The notes: generated by a model from the letters alone, not told the origin. Counted from the first letter of the stretch, positions 33,411 through 47,548 are shown. The stretch: DNA of 64,000 bases from Selaginella moellendorffii (GCF_000143415.4 NW_003314261.1:6887973-6951972), one strand, 5' to 3'. Made by a program: numbers and translations.

Positions 33411-35800
33411 TTAGGCCACAGTGTAAGCTGGAGAGAACACCGTAAACGAGTACAAGGCAGCGGCAATCCCACAAGCACTCACAAGCGTTGCGATCCAGGC
33501 CATCACAAAAGCCATGGCCAGCTTCCAGTTGACATTCTACAGCAAAAAAGAGATTTTCTTGAGCACAAGAGGAAAATTAAAGAATGAGAGACGACCATTT
33601 CACTTACCTTGATGTTATCTGCGGCTCCAACGCCAACAATAGCGCCCACCACAACGTGTGTCGTCGAGACGGGAAGCTCTGTCCTTGACGCGAAGAGAAT
33701 CGTCGCCAAGGCACAGAATTGTGCGCTGTAACCCCGGGACGGCGTCATAAACGTCAGGCGGCCACCAAGGCACCGCGAAAGTTTCCATCCAAACAGTGCA
33801 AATCCAAGTGACACGCCTATCCCAGCCATTGCTAGGATCCAGACCTGAAGTACACAGCAAACGATCAGTGCTTTGTTTCTACGCTGCCGGGTCAAACTTA
33901 CATCGATATCCCGGTTTGGAACATCAGGCCGGTGATTAAATATCTGGACCACAGCAGCATACGGGCCCATGATGGCTGCAACATCGTTGGATCCATGCGC
34001 AAACCTGACACACACAACTGTATCTGAAACTCAAAATTTTTTATCAAACTTACGAGGCAACGCATGCTGTAAGGACTTGCAGAAAGCTGAATAGCTCTTC
34101 GACTTTGTCGTCGAACTTCTCAGCGAGTGCGTGGCGAACAATTACGTCGCGATCGTAGTCTATTTTCTGCGGAACAGAAAGGCTAGTAAGAAGGAGAACA
34201 TGCGAAATATGTAAACTTCTTACGTGGCTGATGGTGGCAGATTTGATTCTGTGAAGGAACTTCAGCACCTTCTGCCGGGCAGTCAGTTTTTTCGGACGTC
34301 TGATGCGCTTGAACGTCCTGTGCCTGTTAGGTGTTCGTGCTAGTAGTTGTCCAAAGGAGAGCTTGCCTGGTCCACACATAGGACTACACCTCACAGAGAC
34401 GTCCGGGCTTGCGTTACCCTCGTCTTCTCCTTCATAGACGGTGTCCAGTACTCTAAGCTGGTTGAATTGCTTTATCATCTCCTCCGGACTCATATCTTGC
34501 TCTTGTTGTTGTGTTGAATGATCTTGAGGCCCAGGCGGAGCTTCCTTTTCCGGTGCAACGGCGATGGCAATCGGTTGCGTAGGCTCCTCAGATACAGCGC
34601 TATCCTTATTAGTAGCGCGTAATTGTTTATGGACTAATGGCACAACAATCACCTGCAGGTAGAATAACTTGTAAGTTACTAAACATCAATACAAAAGAAA
34701 GAAATCGACTTACAAATGCCAATAAAGTAGCCAAAATGCCAGATAGCCCTGCAATAAGAGCTGCCCTCCCCGCAGGCCAGTCATGAAGACTGGATCTAGA
34801 GGCTCCCTGCCGTGGCCGTGCTTTGAAGTTAGAAAATTAAGAACGAAAATGACCGCGACTAACCTTGTATATGACAAAGAATATCAGCACCATAACTGTC
34901 AAGCCATAATACACCGGCATGAACTGGAGTATCCGCTTTCCCGCGTGCTCCGACCTCAAAAAGATCATCTTTGTAAACCCGAAAAAGAGGAAGGACGCGA
35001 CCGCAGCGATTAGAGGCGCTAGAAACCACGACAAGATAATCTCAAGCACTCCCCCGATATTCCCTGCGAGCTTATACCCGTCCTGAAGGACAACGATTTC
35101 ATTATCCGTAGCTAGAAAACTCACAACTAGGTACTTACAGGTCTTCCGTTCCAGTAGATCGCCTGTAGTCCTCGCGCTGTCAAAGCCATCCCAATGATGC
35201 CGCCAATCACGGCCAGAGTGGAAGAAACTGGTAGCTCTAAGTACGTTGCAAATGCCAGGCACACAGCTGCAAACACGTTCGTTAGTAGTTGAACCAAACG
35301 AAGATGCGATAGTTTACTTGCAGCTATTATGGCAATGAAGAGTCCCCACATAAAAAGCCCGGCATCAGGTGGCCTCTCTCTTAGTATCTGGTAGAGTGAA
35401 AGAAGAAGAAGAAAACCAAAGTTATAGCGACTCGAGAGCGTAGAAGAGCCGACTCACCAGATTAAATTGCATCGAATCGAGGTTCCGATCGCCCATGACC
35501 GTGGCGCCAATGAACTCCATCAGCGAAGCCATTACCGTTGCTTGGGTCATGGACAATGCTCCAGAGCCGATCGACGTGCCAAACTGTAGAGAGAAAACTA
35601 AGCTAGAATCGATTGTGTAAAAAAAAAGAGGGGGGGAAGAGCACTCTTACCGATGCCGCCACGTCGTTGGCGCCGGCAGCACAAGCCAAGGCGAAGGCCA
35701 CGAATCCTCCGAAGATAGTGATCCATCTGTAACAATCCCAATCCCTCATCACCGCCGCCGCGGGCCCATAAGCAGCCTGGAGAAGAGACCGAGCTGCCAT
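33411..35800 (-). CDS. PiT/SLC20 (PHO4-domain) phosphate transporter, PTB/PHO89-like, no plastid transit peptide
   Basis: AGANDVAAS|FGTSIGSGAL, ELPVSSTLAVIGGIIG, a large central loop, FAHGSNDVAAIMGP, TPSRGYSAQ, LPVSTTHVVVGAIVGVG, VNWKL. About 10 exons. Confidence 0.92.
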
Positions 35801-36419
35801 GCCGGAAGAGCTCGCATGAATCCCGCCCTAGGGTCTCGGCGACGAAAGCACCGCGGACAGCGTAAATGCTTCGATCACTTTGGAAAAAGTCAGCTAGCTA
35901 CTCCCGTCACGCTTGCTGCTACCCGCGTTGTGGATCGATATTACGCTCTAACGCGCAGCGATCGATCGATCGATCCACCCCCCCAAGACCGCCCGGAGCT
36001 CGAAATCCACCAAGAAAACCAGAGATTCCGCCAAGCCAGAGCAAGAACAGGCTCCAAGAAAAGCGAAATCCCGCTAGAAAGATGCAAGAAATCGCCGATT
36101 CAAGCTCTACCCAGAAACGGCAAGACCTTCCCTAGATTCGCTGGAACGCGGAGCGCCAATGCGCCCTCTGTGCAATGCCGTAGGCGTAAGGAGACCCCAA
36201 CGGAGTTCTCAACGCGGTAAATTTTAGGAACAGTGACTTTTTTCCGCGCAGAGTATATTCTTCTCATCGGGGCTAAAGCCCTATTCCACTCTCTCTCTCT
36301 CTCTCTCTCGATCGAGTCGATGGAAAGCGCGGTTCCTCCCGGATTGGCGCTTGCCGGTAAGCTAGAATCTCTCAATCGTCATCGCCTGGCCTACATTTCT
36401 CTCCCGATCTCCAGGAGCG

Positions 36420-38093
36420 ATGGGGAGAGCTGGAATTTTTGGCAGGCGCTTCAGCAGCGCCGCATTGGCCGCGCTCAGTAATCCGGATTGTGGCGCTACG
36501 AGGAAGAAGAAGGTCGCAATGTGGATTGGATACGTTGGAACAGGCTACAAAGGCAAGTTTTTCTTTTGACGTTCTTCCAATGTTTGAGCCTTTGTTTGTA
36601 TTGGTCTTCCTCTCAAGGCTTGCAACTTCATGGAGATCATCCAAGTAAGTTCTCAAGTCACTGTTCCTTGTTCTTGGAGCTTAGTGCTCTCAATAGTTCC
36701 TTGACAGCCATAGAGGCCGATCTAGACAAAGCTATTTACAAGGCTGGAGGGATTCTCGACAGCAACTACGGCCACCATATGAAGGTCGGTTGGGCGAGAA
36801 GCAGTAGAACTGACAAGGGGGTACGTAACTCTCTTTTGAGCTTTGCTTTTCGTGCGTGTTTCCTATCGTTTTTCTTTAGGTGCATTCACTAGCTACAGTG
36901 ATATCCCTGAAAATGGAGCTGCCTATAGATGCTTGGAGAGACGACCCTGGTGGAATCGAGATCGCAGACATGATAAATCGCCATCTTCCACAATGTATAC
37001 GCGTTTTTGGAGTCGTCCCAGTAAGCAAGTTAGTAAGCAAGTTAGTTTTGGGTTCTTTGTTTGTTTACTTTTGTTTAAGAGTGTAGCTTGCGACTTGTTT
37101 GCAGAACTTTTCGTCCCAGGATGGCATGCTCTGAAAGGTCTTACGACTACTTCCTTCCGGCGCTGTGCGTGGGAATCAATCAAAGGGTATCCACTTGTGA
37201 GATTAAACAACTCCTGGAACAGTTCAGGCTCCAGCTAAAGCTGTTTGAGGTGCGTTGCTTAAAATTGACGCATTCTTTCTCTGTGAACGCGAACTTCTCC
37301 TGTTACAGGGCGAGCACCCGTTTCACAACTACACTATACGGCGCAACTATGGAAAACCAAAACAACAAGATCTCAACTGGCGTACGAGAACTCCCATAGC
37401 GGCGGATAATTCTTCTTCTTCTTCTGAAGAAGAAGACGAGGATGGAGATGCCGACGAGCCACGGCTTCGGGTCCAACAGAAGCCTAGTCCTGCATACTGG
37501 CTGCAGGAACTGGATCCGACAGACAGGATCACGGCACAACATTACAGAAAGATCATCAGGTGCTCTTGTGGTGATATAGAAAAGTTCGGAGACACGCTTG
37601 CTCTCAGAGTCAGTGTTACGGGCGCTTCTTTCATGGTTCACCAGGTACGCACCTTCTTTCCTATTTTCGATTTTGTTTTTGTTTAGACATCTGGAAACTC
37701 TTGCAGATACGAAAAATGATCGGAACGGCTGTTGCTGTGACCCGAAAGTTGCTACCTCCGGACATAATCCAAATGTCTCTCTGCAGGCATTCACGGATTG
37801 TCCTGCCAATAGCACCTTGTGAAGGCCTGACACTCGCCTCCAGTAAGTTTTGTTCCCAACACAGTACATCTCATGCCATCAACTTGAGTAGCCTCGGATG
37901 CCAAAGAAGGGAGGCCTTTTGGAAAGACCACGTTTTCCTGGAGATTGTCAAGGCCATGAGGAGTGAGAGGGATCCTTGGAACAAGTGGTGCGAAGCAATG
38001 GACTCGTATTGTTATCTCCCCGAGCCAAATGTAAGCTCTCTTCGTGATGCGTGGTTAGACTGGAAGAAACAGCGAAATGCATGCCTTATGTAA
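36420..38093 (+). CDS. tRNA pseudouridine synthase (TruA/Pus1 family), probably organelle-targeted
   Basis: MGRAGIFGRRFSSAAL (presequence-like), KKKVAMWIGYVGTGYK|GLQ, catalytic SRTDKG|VHS, GEHPFHNYT, SFMVHQ|IRKMIG. The first intron is GC-AG. Confidence 0.9.
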
Positions 38094-39274
38094 GACAATC
38101 TACAACTTGTTACCCTTGGTATCTCCAGCTCTTTGGCCTTGTTACACTTTGTGTGTCATTTTTACTTCGTTTTGTTGTCAACAAACTTAAGCTAAAACAA
38201 ATTAGGCCTTACTCTCCAAAGTTTTTCTTTGGTTGGGAACCAGCTTGGGTAGTTGTTTGTAGTGAGTTTGTTGGCAAGTTGCTCTAGCTAGATGGGCTCC
38301 AATCCTTATGGTTAATTTTAATAATGTGTTGCATTATATCTTTCAAAAAACTGCCAGTAAAGTTTTCAGTTTTCAGGCTGATTTACTAGACCTACATTAT
38401 CAATTTCCTTTTTGTGGTATGCTTTTTTTATAACTTCTATTAAATCTTGAATCTTAAAAATAATTCCATTAAATCAAGTAACAAAATAGATGAATTTTAA
38501 ATCAAGTAGCAATAGTTGTTATATTTTTTAAATGTTATATACTACCATTTTATCTCATTCTAAAATTTACAAAGTTGTAAGCTCTTGAGTTTGGACTTCT
38601 TGAAAGGTCTTGAGTTTGGACTTCCCAAGAGGTCACCCAACCTAATACTATTCAAACTCAAAGATGCTTAACCCTAAATATCCTAAGACTCTTAACTAAT
38701 TGGAAAAGGGGGTGCATTCTTATTCATGGGCCCTTTCCCTCTATATTTGAACCTTATGAATTGTCTCTCAAATCATTCTCTTTGGTTGCTTACAAAAGTT
38801 TGATAAGTTTGATAATTATATTGACAATATTCATATAAACACTAGAACATTAATTCAATTAAATTTTAAATTGAAAGTTTTAACTCAAAATCAAGTCATT
38901 GTTTATGACTTAAAATTGAAATCATAATTTTAAACTTCTCTTTTCTTATTTAAAATTCTAATTAGTTAATATTTAGTTTTAATATTTAAAGTTGTTACTA
39001 GCAATACTAGTAACATAGCAGTTAAGATAAAGCATACTTAGGGTGATGATATTTCTATAGTGGATAACTTTTTATAACATCTTTATAATTTCTCTAATTA
39101 ACATTATATTTTTAGATGTCATTTTCTACCATTAAAGTTATCTCTAAACTACAAAAATAGTAATTGTGCAAAAAGTAAAAAAAAAATCATATCTTTTTGT
39201 ATGTTTCAAATTTTCCTTGGTACCCTAATGCAAGAGAATTTAATTCTCACTAAGAGTTTTTTTTACATTACATT

Positions 39275-39410
39275 TTCTTGACATTTATGTTAGAACTATG
39301 ACTATGTGCTAGTTAGATGAGTAAGTTATAACCAATAAGCTATTCTTGACATTTATGTTAGAACTATGACTGTGTGCTAATTAGATGAGTAAGTTATAAC
39401 CAATAAGCTA
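39275..39410. repeat. 2 x 68-bp tandem repeat in an AT-rich intergenic island
   Basis: TTCTTGACATTTATGTTAGAACTATGACT..ACCAATAAGCTA occurs twice with 2 mismatches. Confidence 0.9.
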
Positions 39411-40058
39411 AATAAAAGTAATAACAAGTATATATTGCACAACTATAGTTATAAAAATGCATATATGTTAAATAATTAAAAGAAGTTTTACAAATTAGAC
39501 AATATAAAGTGAAATGGCATTTAAAAGAGAAAAACATGTGAAGAATAGTAAAATAAATAAGCATTAAGCACTATATATGTATATTTTCTATTTTTAATTT
39601 AGATTTAATTTTTATCAAAGATAAAGATAAAAATACGAAATCTTTTTATAACAGCTAATGAACATTCTGTAATATGATAAATTGATTCATTGTGTGCATT
39701 GATAAATTAAAAAATTGTTTGAAATGTTATTTACAATGTTAGATTTATTATATTTTATATTTTACTTCATTCCTAATTAAAATAAGTGTTTTAGAATATA
39801 CTTTAATCATTTATAATTTTAAAAATAAACTCTTTGTAGCTAAAATTTTTTGTAACACATTTCAACTGAAACTTTTTTGTTCCAAAAATAATTCCAATTT
39901 TTATTATTATCCAATTCTCCAATTCTAATTTTGTTTGCAGAAAATACCATGAAAGTCATATTGTGGAAGAGCTCCAAAACATGGTTTCGCTTAGCAACAA
40001 GAACCAAAAAACTCTGTTGCTCAAAACTTCATCTGGACCAGTTGTCATATTTACATGC

Positions 40059-42104
40059 TCACGAGCTAATCTTAATCTCTGCTGCCATTGCTGGGCCTAA
40101 AGAGAGTGAAGTTGCGATATCATCATCTCTCTGCTCTTCAGTCCTCTGAAAAGTTAATTAACCCATGAGACGTCAGGAAGTGCGAGCTCACTTACTTCAT
40201 CAAACTTTGGTCTCTTGACAACCGGTTCTTCAGATGGTGGCAGCTTCCTATTTAGTCAATCAATGGCATTTTTTCAGGGGACTGAAAGCTTGAAGGATTT
40301 TTCGATACAAACCTGCTGATGAAATCGAGTTCTTGTTTCGGGAGCCTCTGCCTGTGTACGTCTCCCTCGCCTTCGGAGTCTGAATCAACTGGTTCCCCAT
40401 TCCACACTCCTGGCTTAGGCTTTGTTGGCCGTGCATCAGCGTCATTCTCCTCCTGAAAGCTACACAATGTTAATAACAGTTCTGGAATTTCAAAAGACAT
40501 CAAGACCATTTCCTCGCCAGGCTCCATATCCGGTGGCCTTTCGTAGAACGGAACACTAGGAGCATGTTGGAGCTTCGAAATGTTCTCAAGAAGTTGTTGC
40601 CTGTAAGACATCATACAAAGTGAGCAAACAAAGTCTTTCCAGTTACAAAAGGGAAATACCTGAGACTGTCCAAATACTCCGGAGAATTAGCATTCTCCTT
40701 GTTGCTGGCCGGCACGAGCAACGTATACTCCGGACCAAAGTACTCGTAGTAATCGTTGTAAGGCATCTGGTTCTCGAGCTCGACTCCAACAGCAACACCC
40801 GTCTGATAAGAAAAAAAGAATTAAGAAACCACCAAAACGAGAGGAAAGGAGTTCTTACCTCGTAGCACCAACACCTTGCAACGTTTCTTACCGTGTATCC
40901 TCCCCCTCCAACCAAGAGCAGAGGTACATTAAAAGAACGCACGAATCTCACGCACTCGGCGTGACCCTTTACCGAGAGGTTGAAGCAGCCGAGACGATCT
41001 CCCGAGAGAGAGTCGGCACCACACTGCAAGACAATCGCCCCCGGCTGGTAAACCTCCATGACTTTGCTTATCACCGGCTTGAACAGCCGCTGGTAGCTCT
41101 CGTCGTCGATCCCCTCGTTAAGCGGTACGTTGACGGAGTAATACTTCCCTTTCCCGTGGCCGACATCCCGGAGATCGCCAGTCCCCGGGAAGAAGTCGCC
41201 AAACTTGTGGAAAGATACCGTCATGACTCTGTCGGTGGTGTAGAAGGCCTCCTCGACACCGTCGCCGTGGTGAACATCGATGTCGATGTAGAGCACGCGC
41301 TGCGAAGCGGAAACGTTTAAGCTTTAGATCCAAGAGAAGCCAGAAAGACCAGTCACAGTGATAGAGCGCAACAAATAGAGACCATTAACAAACGAAGTTT
41401 AGAACAAGAGGGCAAAAGCATGATGAACCGCTACACAAGGAACGGAGAAAAGACAAACCATTGACGAAGTCTACATTCGACAAGGAAGACAAGAAGTCTT
41501 CAAGAAAAAAATGCAAAAACTGGCCAGCATCCAAAGAAAGAACAAAAAGGAAACTTAAAGCTTTGCGTACCTGGTGTTGCTTGAGGAGCTCCAGGATCGC
41601 AAGAACAATGTCATTCACGTAGCAAAACCCGGACGCCTCACACTTTTTCGCGTGATGCAGTCCGCCGGACCAGTTGATGGCGATGTCGGATCGATTCGTG
41701 TTCAGGCGCACGGCCCCTCCGACCGACCCCCCGGTATACATCTGGCAGAAGCTATACAACCCATCGAACACCGGGCAGTCCTCGCCGACGTTGAATCGCT
41801 TCAAGACTTTGGCGAACTCCTGCTGCGTCTCGGGCGTGACTTGCTTGAGGAAATCCACGTAATCGTCGGCGTGGAACTTGCAGAGATCCTTGTCGCGCGC
41901 GCGGAATGGCTCCACGACCTCCATCTTGAGGTGGAGGCCGTAGTGCACCAAAAGGCTGTGCGTCATTCGCATCCGGTGAGGCTTCATCGGGTGGCCCTGC
42001 CCGTAGTAGTAATTGCCCACCTCCGGATCGTAAAAGTAGGAGACGCGCCGCTTGGATCCATCGCCCCCGACGCTGCCGGCCAGAGAATTGCCGCTCCCAT
42101 CCAT
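40059..42104 (-). CDS. Class I RPD3-type histone deacetylase (HDA19/HDA6-like)
   Basis: [57 protein letters not shown] and [14 protein letters not shown]. The last exon ends ..EIKISS* at 40059. Confidence 0.96.
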
Positions 42105-42338
42105 CTACACGCTAACCTTACTAAAACCCTAAACTCTGGAAACCACGCCTCCCTCTTAAACGAGAATATTCTTTATGTTAGAAAACTTTTACCCCCTAAG
42201 TGAAACTTCCAGAATTTTCTAAAATCGTTTTAACTACCCCAGTTTAAATTTGTTTTATTACATATAAGTTAAGTCTTTTACAAATCAATTTCGTTGATAC
42301 ATCAAAGCAAAAAGATTCTAGGAGATTTTACTCTGAGA

Positions 42339-43490
42339 TCAATGTGGGCAGACCTTTGCAAAAGCGTCGATGATGGTGGGATGGAGCTTTGGAGCGTTGA
42401 GGGAGAGGTAGCAGTTCAAGAGATTGACGAGCTCGCGGTCGCCTTTGATGTTCTTGGCCTTGATCATCTCGATCATCGAGTCCTGGAAATCCCGGAATGG
42501 ATCCTCCGACTGCTTCACGATCGCAACATTGCCCAGAGGGGCCGGCGAATTCTTCTTCTCGTTTGCTGCCGCCGCTCGTAGCTTCATGGCGCTGGGGGAC
42601 GACGGCATTCTTCGTTCTAGCACAGCGGACGAACGCCTCATCGGCTTCTCGTGGCACCGGCTGGGGGAGATCCGGGGAGAGATCCTCGAGCTTCTTTTGC
42701 TGGAAGTAGTGCTAGATGCTGGCGAAGACATTGCTGATGATCTGGGGGTCTCTAGCAGCGGGACGCTCTCGATCGTATCCAGAAGATCGTCGCGATCGTG
42801 CCGGCAGGACAACCTCGAGATGCTCCTGGCGACGATCAAGCTCGTCTCTCTGGAAACTCGGCAGGTTTCTTTGCAAGCCATCAAGTTTGGCGTCGAAGTT
42901 GATGAGCTCTGCTGGGAAGAACTCCTGGGCTTGTCGGAGTTTGGAGAAGAGAATCCATCGGCAGTGATGTAAGATGTGGAGGAGCTCTCGCCCGAGCTGC
43001 GTCCCGGGCACACGGCGGAGGGACTTATCGATTCCTTGCTCGTGTTGAGCGACGAATCAAACGGGCTCTCCTTCGTCTTCTTCGATCTGCCAAAGAGAAG
43101 AGCCTTGATAGTCGATGTCCACTTCTTTCCACTGATCTTTTTCTCGCTTAAATCCACCAGTGGATAACTCCACGGCTCGAGATTTTCCGCGAGAATTTCG
43201 TGGCTCAAGCTCGAGCTCTTCGTCTTCATCCCCAGCCTGTTCTTGCCGACGATACGCACAAGCGACCGCCAGAATCTCGACGGGGCCGGATCTTTCTCCG
43301 CGGGTTTCCCCGCAGCAAGATCGAAATCCTCCGACCCTGGCCTTGGAGAGGGAAAAAAATCGAAAGCAAGAACCTGGAATGCCCCGACCTCGCGAGAATC
43401 GGGCTTCTGAGCCACGGATTGGCCTCCCTCGCCGCCTGGAGGCGCGCTGATGCTTGCACGGGGCTTCTTGGACCGGGCAAAAGATTCCAT
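42339..43490 (-). CDS. OVATE family protein (OFP)
   Basis: C-terminal OVATE domain VAIVKQSEDPFRDFQDSMIEMI..ELVNLLNCYLSLNAPKLHPTIIDAF and a Ser-rich N-terminal region. Confidence 0.92.
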   Translation of the reverse strand: MESFARSKKPRASISAPPGGEGGQSVAQKPDSREVGAFQVLAFDFFPSPRPGSEDFDLAAGKPAEKDPAPSRFWRSLVRIVGKNRLGMKTKSSSLSHEILAENLEPWSYPLVDLSEKKISGKKWTSTIKALLFGRSKKTKESPFDSSLNTSKESISPSAVCPGRSSGESSSTSYITADGFSSPNSDKPRSSSQQSSSTSTPNLMACKETCRVSRETSLIVARSISRLSCRHDRDDLLDTIESVPLLETPRSSAMSSPASSTTSSKRSSRISPRISPSRCHEKPMRRSSAVLERRMPSSPSAMKLRAAAANEKKNSPAPLGNVAIVKQSEDPFRDFQDSMIEMIKAKNIKGDRELVNLLNCYLSLNAPKLHPTIIDAFAKVCPH

Positions 43491-43827
43491 TCGTCTGCCC
43501 TGCTGCTCGATCTAGGCGGCCAGCAGCGGCTACTTCTATCCTGCGATCGGGAGAATCAAGCGCAGCAAGAAAGATCCAAATGCAGGCCTTGGCGAGCGTT
43601 GAATCCCGCGCTGTAGGCGCCGGCGCCACTGCTCTGTTCTACCGCTCTAGCCCTAAAAGAGGTAAACGGCACAAAAGGCATATTCTTTATTCTTTTCGCA
43701 TCTTTTGCTATATCTAATGTTTGGAGAGATTTGCGAGCTTTCTTGGACTGGAAGAAGTCTGCGAAGAACAGTGGTTGTGAAGAACAAATACTTGCATTGT
43801 TTTTGGTGTTCTTACCAGATGAGAGAC

Positions 43828-46016
43828 TCACAGCCATGCCGGATTTTTCAATGGAGTGACCACTGCCTTCACTTGCAAGTAGTTCTTGAGAACGTACTCG
43901 CCTTTCTCTCGTCCAAATCCGCTCATCTTGTAGCCACCGAAGGGGATGGCTGCATCGAAGGCGTAGTACGTGTTTACCCAAACTGTTCCCACTTTCAAAG
44001 CTCGGCTCAAGAAGTTTGCAGTGTCCAAGCTCTGCGTGAAAACTCCCGCGGCCAAACCATACTGAGTGTTGTTTGCTCTTTCAACAACTTCTTCCAGCGT
44101 CCTGAATGAGATCTCTATAGTTTAACACGAGCCCAATGTTCCGAAAGCTAGGAAGGAACTTACTTGAATTTCGATATGCACTGGACGGGGCCGAAGATCT
44201 CGTCTCTAGAAATCGCCATGCTGTCCTGCCATTCACGGAGAGAATCAAAGTCAGTGCGATGCTGTGATCTCGGAGATAAAGTTCATACTCCAACGTCCGC
44301 GAAGACTGTCGGTTGAATATAAAATCCTTTGTCTCCATGTCTTTCTCCTCCTGTGAGTAAAGTGGCTCCCTGTTCCTTCCCATAACCAATGTACTTCATG
44401 ACTTTGTTGAATTGAGAAATATCAACCTGCATATACTCGGTCACGCATTCGTCATGCTTCGCAAGAGGAGGAAAAATAGATAGGTGTACCTGAGGGCCAT
44501 GCTCTACACCGCTTTGAAAAGGATCTCCCAGAACACGATTTTCTGCTTTCTTCTTTGCCTTCTCCACGAATTCGTCATAGACACTCTCGTGCACAAAAGT
44601 CCGGGATCCCGCACAGCAAGTTTGGCCCTGCTCGTCCTCGATTATGTCAGCTTGTGTTTTTTTTGGTAGTATGAAAGAAGAAAAAGAGAAAAACTTACTT
44701 GGTTGAAGAACAAGGCGAGGTGTGACAGCTCCAAAGCTTTGTCGATATCAGCATCACCGCAAACGATAAATGGCGACTTTCCTCCAAGCTCTAGAGTTAC
44801 TGGCTTTAAGTTGCTTCTGGCCGCGGCTTCCATGACCGACCTTCCTACTTCTGTCGAGCCTGTGAATGCGACCTTGATAGAAAAATCAAAAGAATGGAAA
44901 CATCAGTCGTAATTGAAGCTTCGCAAACACTAAAAAATTCGTTCACCTTGTCAATATCCATATGACTCGCAATCGCAGCTCCAGCAGTATGTCCAAATCC
45001 AGAAATAATATTCAAAACACCCGGTGGAACTCCAGCCTCGAGAGCGAGTGTCCCGGCCAAGATTGCTGAAAGCGGCGTAAGCTCGGCTGATTTTAAAACC
45101 ACAGTGTTCCCACAAGCCAGTGCTGGAGCAACCTTTCACGTAAAAAAAGAAAAACGATGATCGCTAGACGAACTAGAGAACGATCAAAGAAAAACGTTGC
45201 TTACCTTCCACGAGAACATAATAATAGGAAAATTCCATGGAACGATCTGACCAACGACTCCAATTGGTTCGTGTAATGTATGGACGTGGTGAGGGCTATC
45301 GGCTTGAAGAGTCATGCCATGAATCTTATCGGCCCATCCTAGAAAAAGGAACGATTGGAGATCTTCTCTGCCAAAATCTTCATTCACCTGCGTAGTATCG
45401 AAACCACCGGATCACATTCGGCATCTCGGCAAAGGTCGCTTGATCGATCGTCTTGCCGTTGTCGAGAACATCGAGCGCCACCAGCTCGTCGCTGTGCTGC
45501 TCCAAGAGATCGGCATAGCGGAAGAGGATCTTGGAGCGCTCCTGCGAGCCCAAATGAGAGACAATCAATCCCTATTTTTTGAATTGCTACGTACGTAAGC
45601 GGTCATTCTTGGCCATGGCCCTTTCTCAAACGCATTGCGAGCCGCCTTGACGGCTCTGTTCACGTCTTCCTCGTCTCCCTCGGCTACTTGGGCGATGATT
45701 TCCTCCGAGCGTGGATCAATCGTTGGGAATGTTTTGCCTGGAAGACAGGAATTTAGAATGATCCAGGAAGAACTATTTCGCTACCCGAGGCCGAATCCAC
45801 GAGTTTTCCATCGATGAGGAGCTGTGTGTGCTTGACTTCTACCGGTGGCTTGAGCAGCGGTGCCAATTCGGCTCCATAGCTCCTCCTCCATACAAGTGTA
45901 CCTTTTGGATTGGAATCTATTATGATCTCAAAAGCAAGGAAGGAATCTTTGTCTGAATTGAACTCACAAGCTCGAGAAACCACCGGACTAATCCTTGATC
46001 TCAAAAACATTGTCAT
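43828..46016 (-). CDS. Aldehyde dehydrogenase family 2, mitochondrial type (ALDH2B-like)
   Basis: [40 protein letters not shown]|[29 protein letters not shown], and an Arg/Ser-rich presequence. Confidence 0.95.
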
Positions 46017-47548
46017 CTTGCCTTGGACTGCTCCAAATCTATCACGTTGTTATAGAATTCATCAGAAGAAGAAACGTAGGGCTTGGTCAAGATTGTTTTG
46101 CAGGTGAGATGTCAATGTAGGATTTTGATAGATTACTAGAACTCTATTGTATAAGAGATTTTGTTCTACAATGTGTTCACATTAGACAGTCATTTATATA
46201 ATACTAGAGATGGAGCACGAGAAGATTAACCCAAGCAAAAAGTTTGGCTTTTATAACTCACATTTACACTTGTAAATTATAAATTACTTATTTCTAAGTT
46301 TATTTTTGGTTTGTACCTAAAATATCCAGGTATTTTGTAAGTGTTAAAGGAGTGGAATCTTAAGTTAATTGTTTTCCTTATAAAATAAAATTGATTAGCT
46401 AAACCATGCAATTTCCATGCTATTGCACTTTAAAATTCATCTTTTCAAAAATTAAAGGTAACATGAATGATGATCATCAAATGTTACATGCAGCAAATAA
46501 AAAGTTAATTATATGGCCAAATCAAATTTTCTCCAATGTTGTATACAAAAATTGATCTAAAAAGATGATTATCTAAAAATCATTTGCAATAATTTCGAGT
46601 GATCTATAGATCTCTTAGCAAAGTTTGTGATTGCCATAACCTAATAATAATAATAATTCAATGTATTGTGATAATCAATCTAATTCTCAAATCCGGATGT
46701 TCTTTTAAGATGGTAAATTCTTTAAGCATTAGTTGTTTATGGAGTTGTGATATTGTTTTCTTTTTCTACAGGATCCATGGAACAGTGCTAATCAACTACA
46801 ATCGCTGATTTAACGTTGTCTCATCAGGCTGTGAATGAGTTTGTTGAAGGCTCTCAAGGATAGCAGCATGATTATAATCAGCCTTGCTGACTGGGGAAAG
46901 CTCTCCTCTCAGTCAATGTCTCTTCGATGTCATGAATCTTTTTTCTATGCTGTTACAGATTCCAGTAGGAACAAATGAGTCGAACAAGCTATACAAGGTG
47001 GTGCTATCATAATTAAAAAGAGGTACTTGTATTCATTCTTCCAGAGCAAAAGAGGCTGGAACGTTGGACTTAAAAACTCTTTGCCCTTTGTCTATTTAGT
47101 AGCCAAGTTTTAGGGCGGAGAAAAGGCTATGGAGGAGGTGGGAATTCCTTAATGGATGTGGAATATGGGCTTCACGATTGTATGATAGAGTAATAATAAT
47201 AATAATGCATGTAAATAGCACTCGAAACAGCTGCAAAGAGTGGCTTCCTACCTTCAAGAAGAACAAAGACCCAGGGATGCAACACTAGAAGAGAGTGGAG
47301 CTGACAGATGAGGCAAGCAACAGCCTTGTGAGATCAGCAAACTTGACTGAGTCCTAAGATCGTATGCAGGCCTCCACACGGCACTGAGAGTCAGCGAGCT
47401 GATTGGAGGCGGGGACAAAACTTATGTTCTACGAGCTGATTCTCGGCCTCTGCCAATCCATGGAGCCAACGTGAAAAATCATTTGAGTACGTCGTAGATT
47501 AATTCTCCTTTTACACTTATAATTCTCTAAATTTTAGGGTTTTGTGCC

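Noticed and set aside
38300-39900. AT-rich island as a MITE or Helitron
   Set aside because: I found no TIRs, TSD or CTRR-hairpin end, only small tandem repeats.
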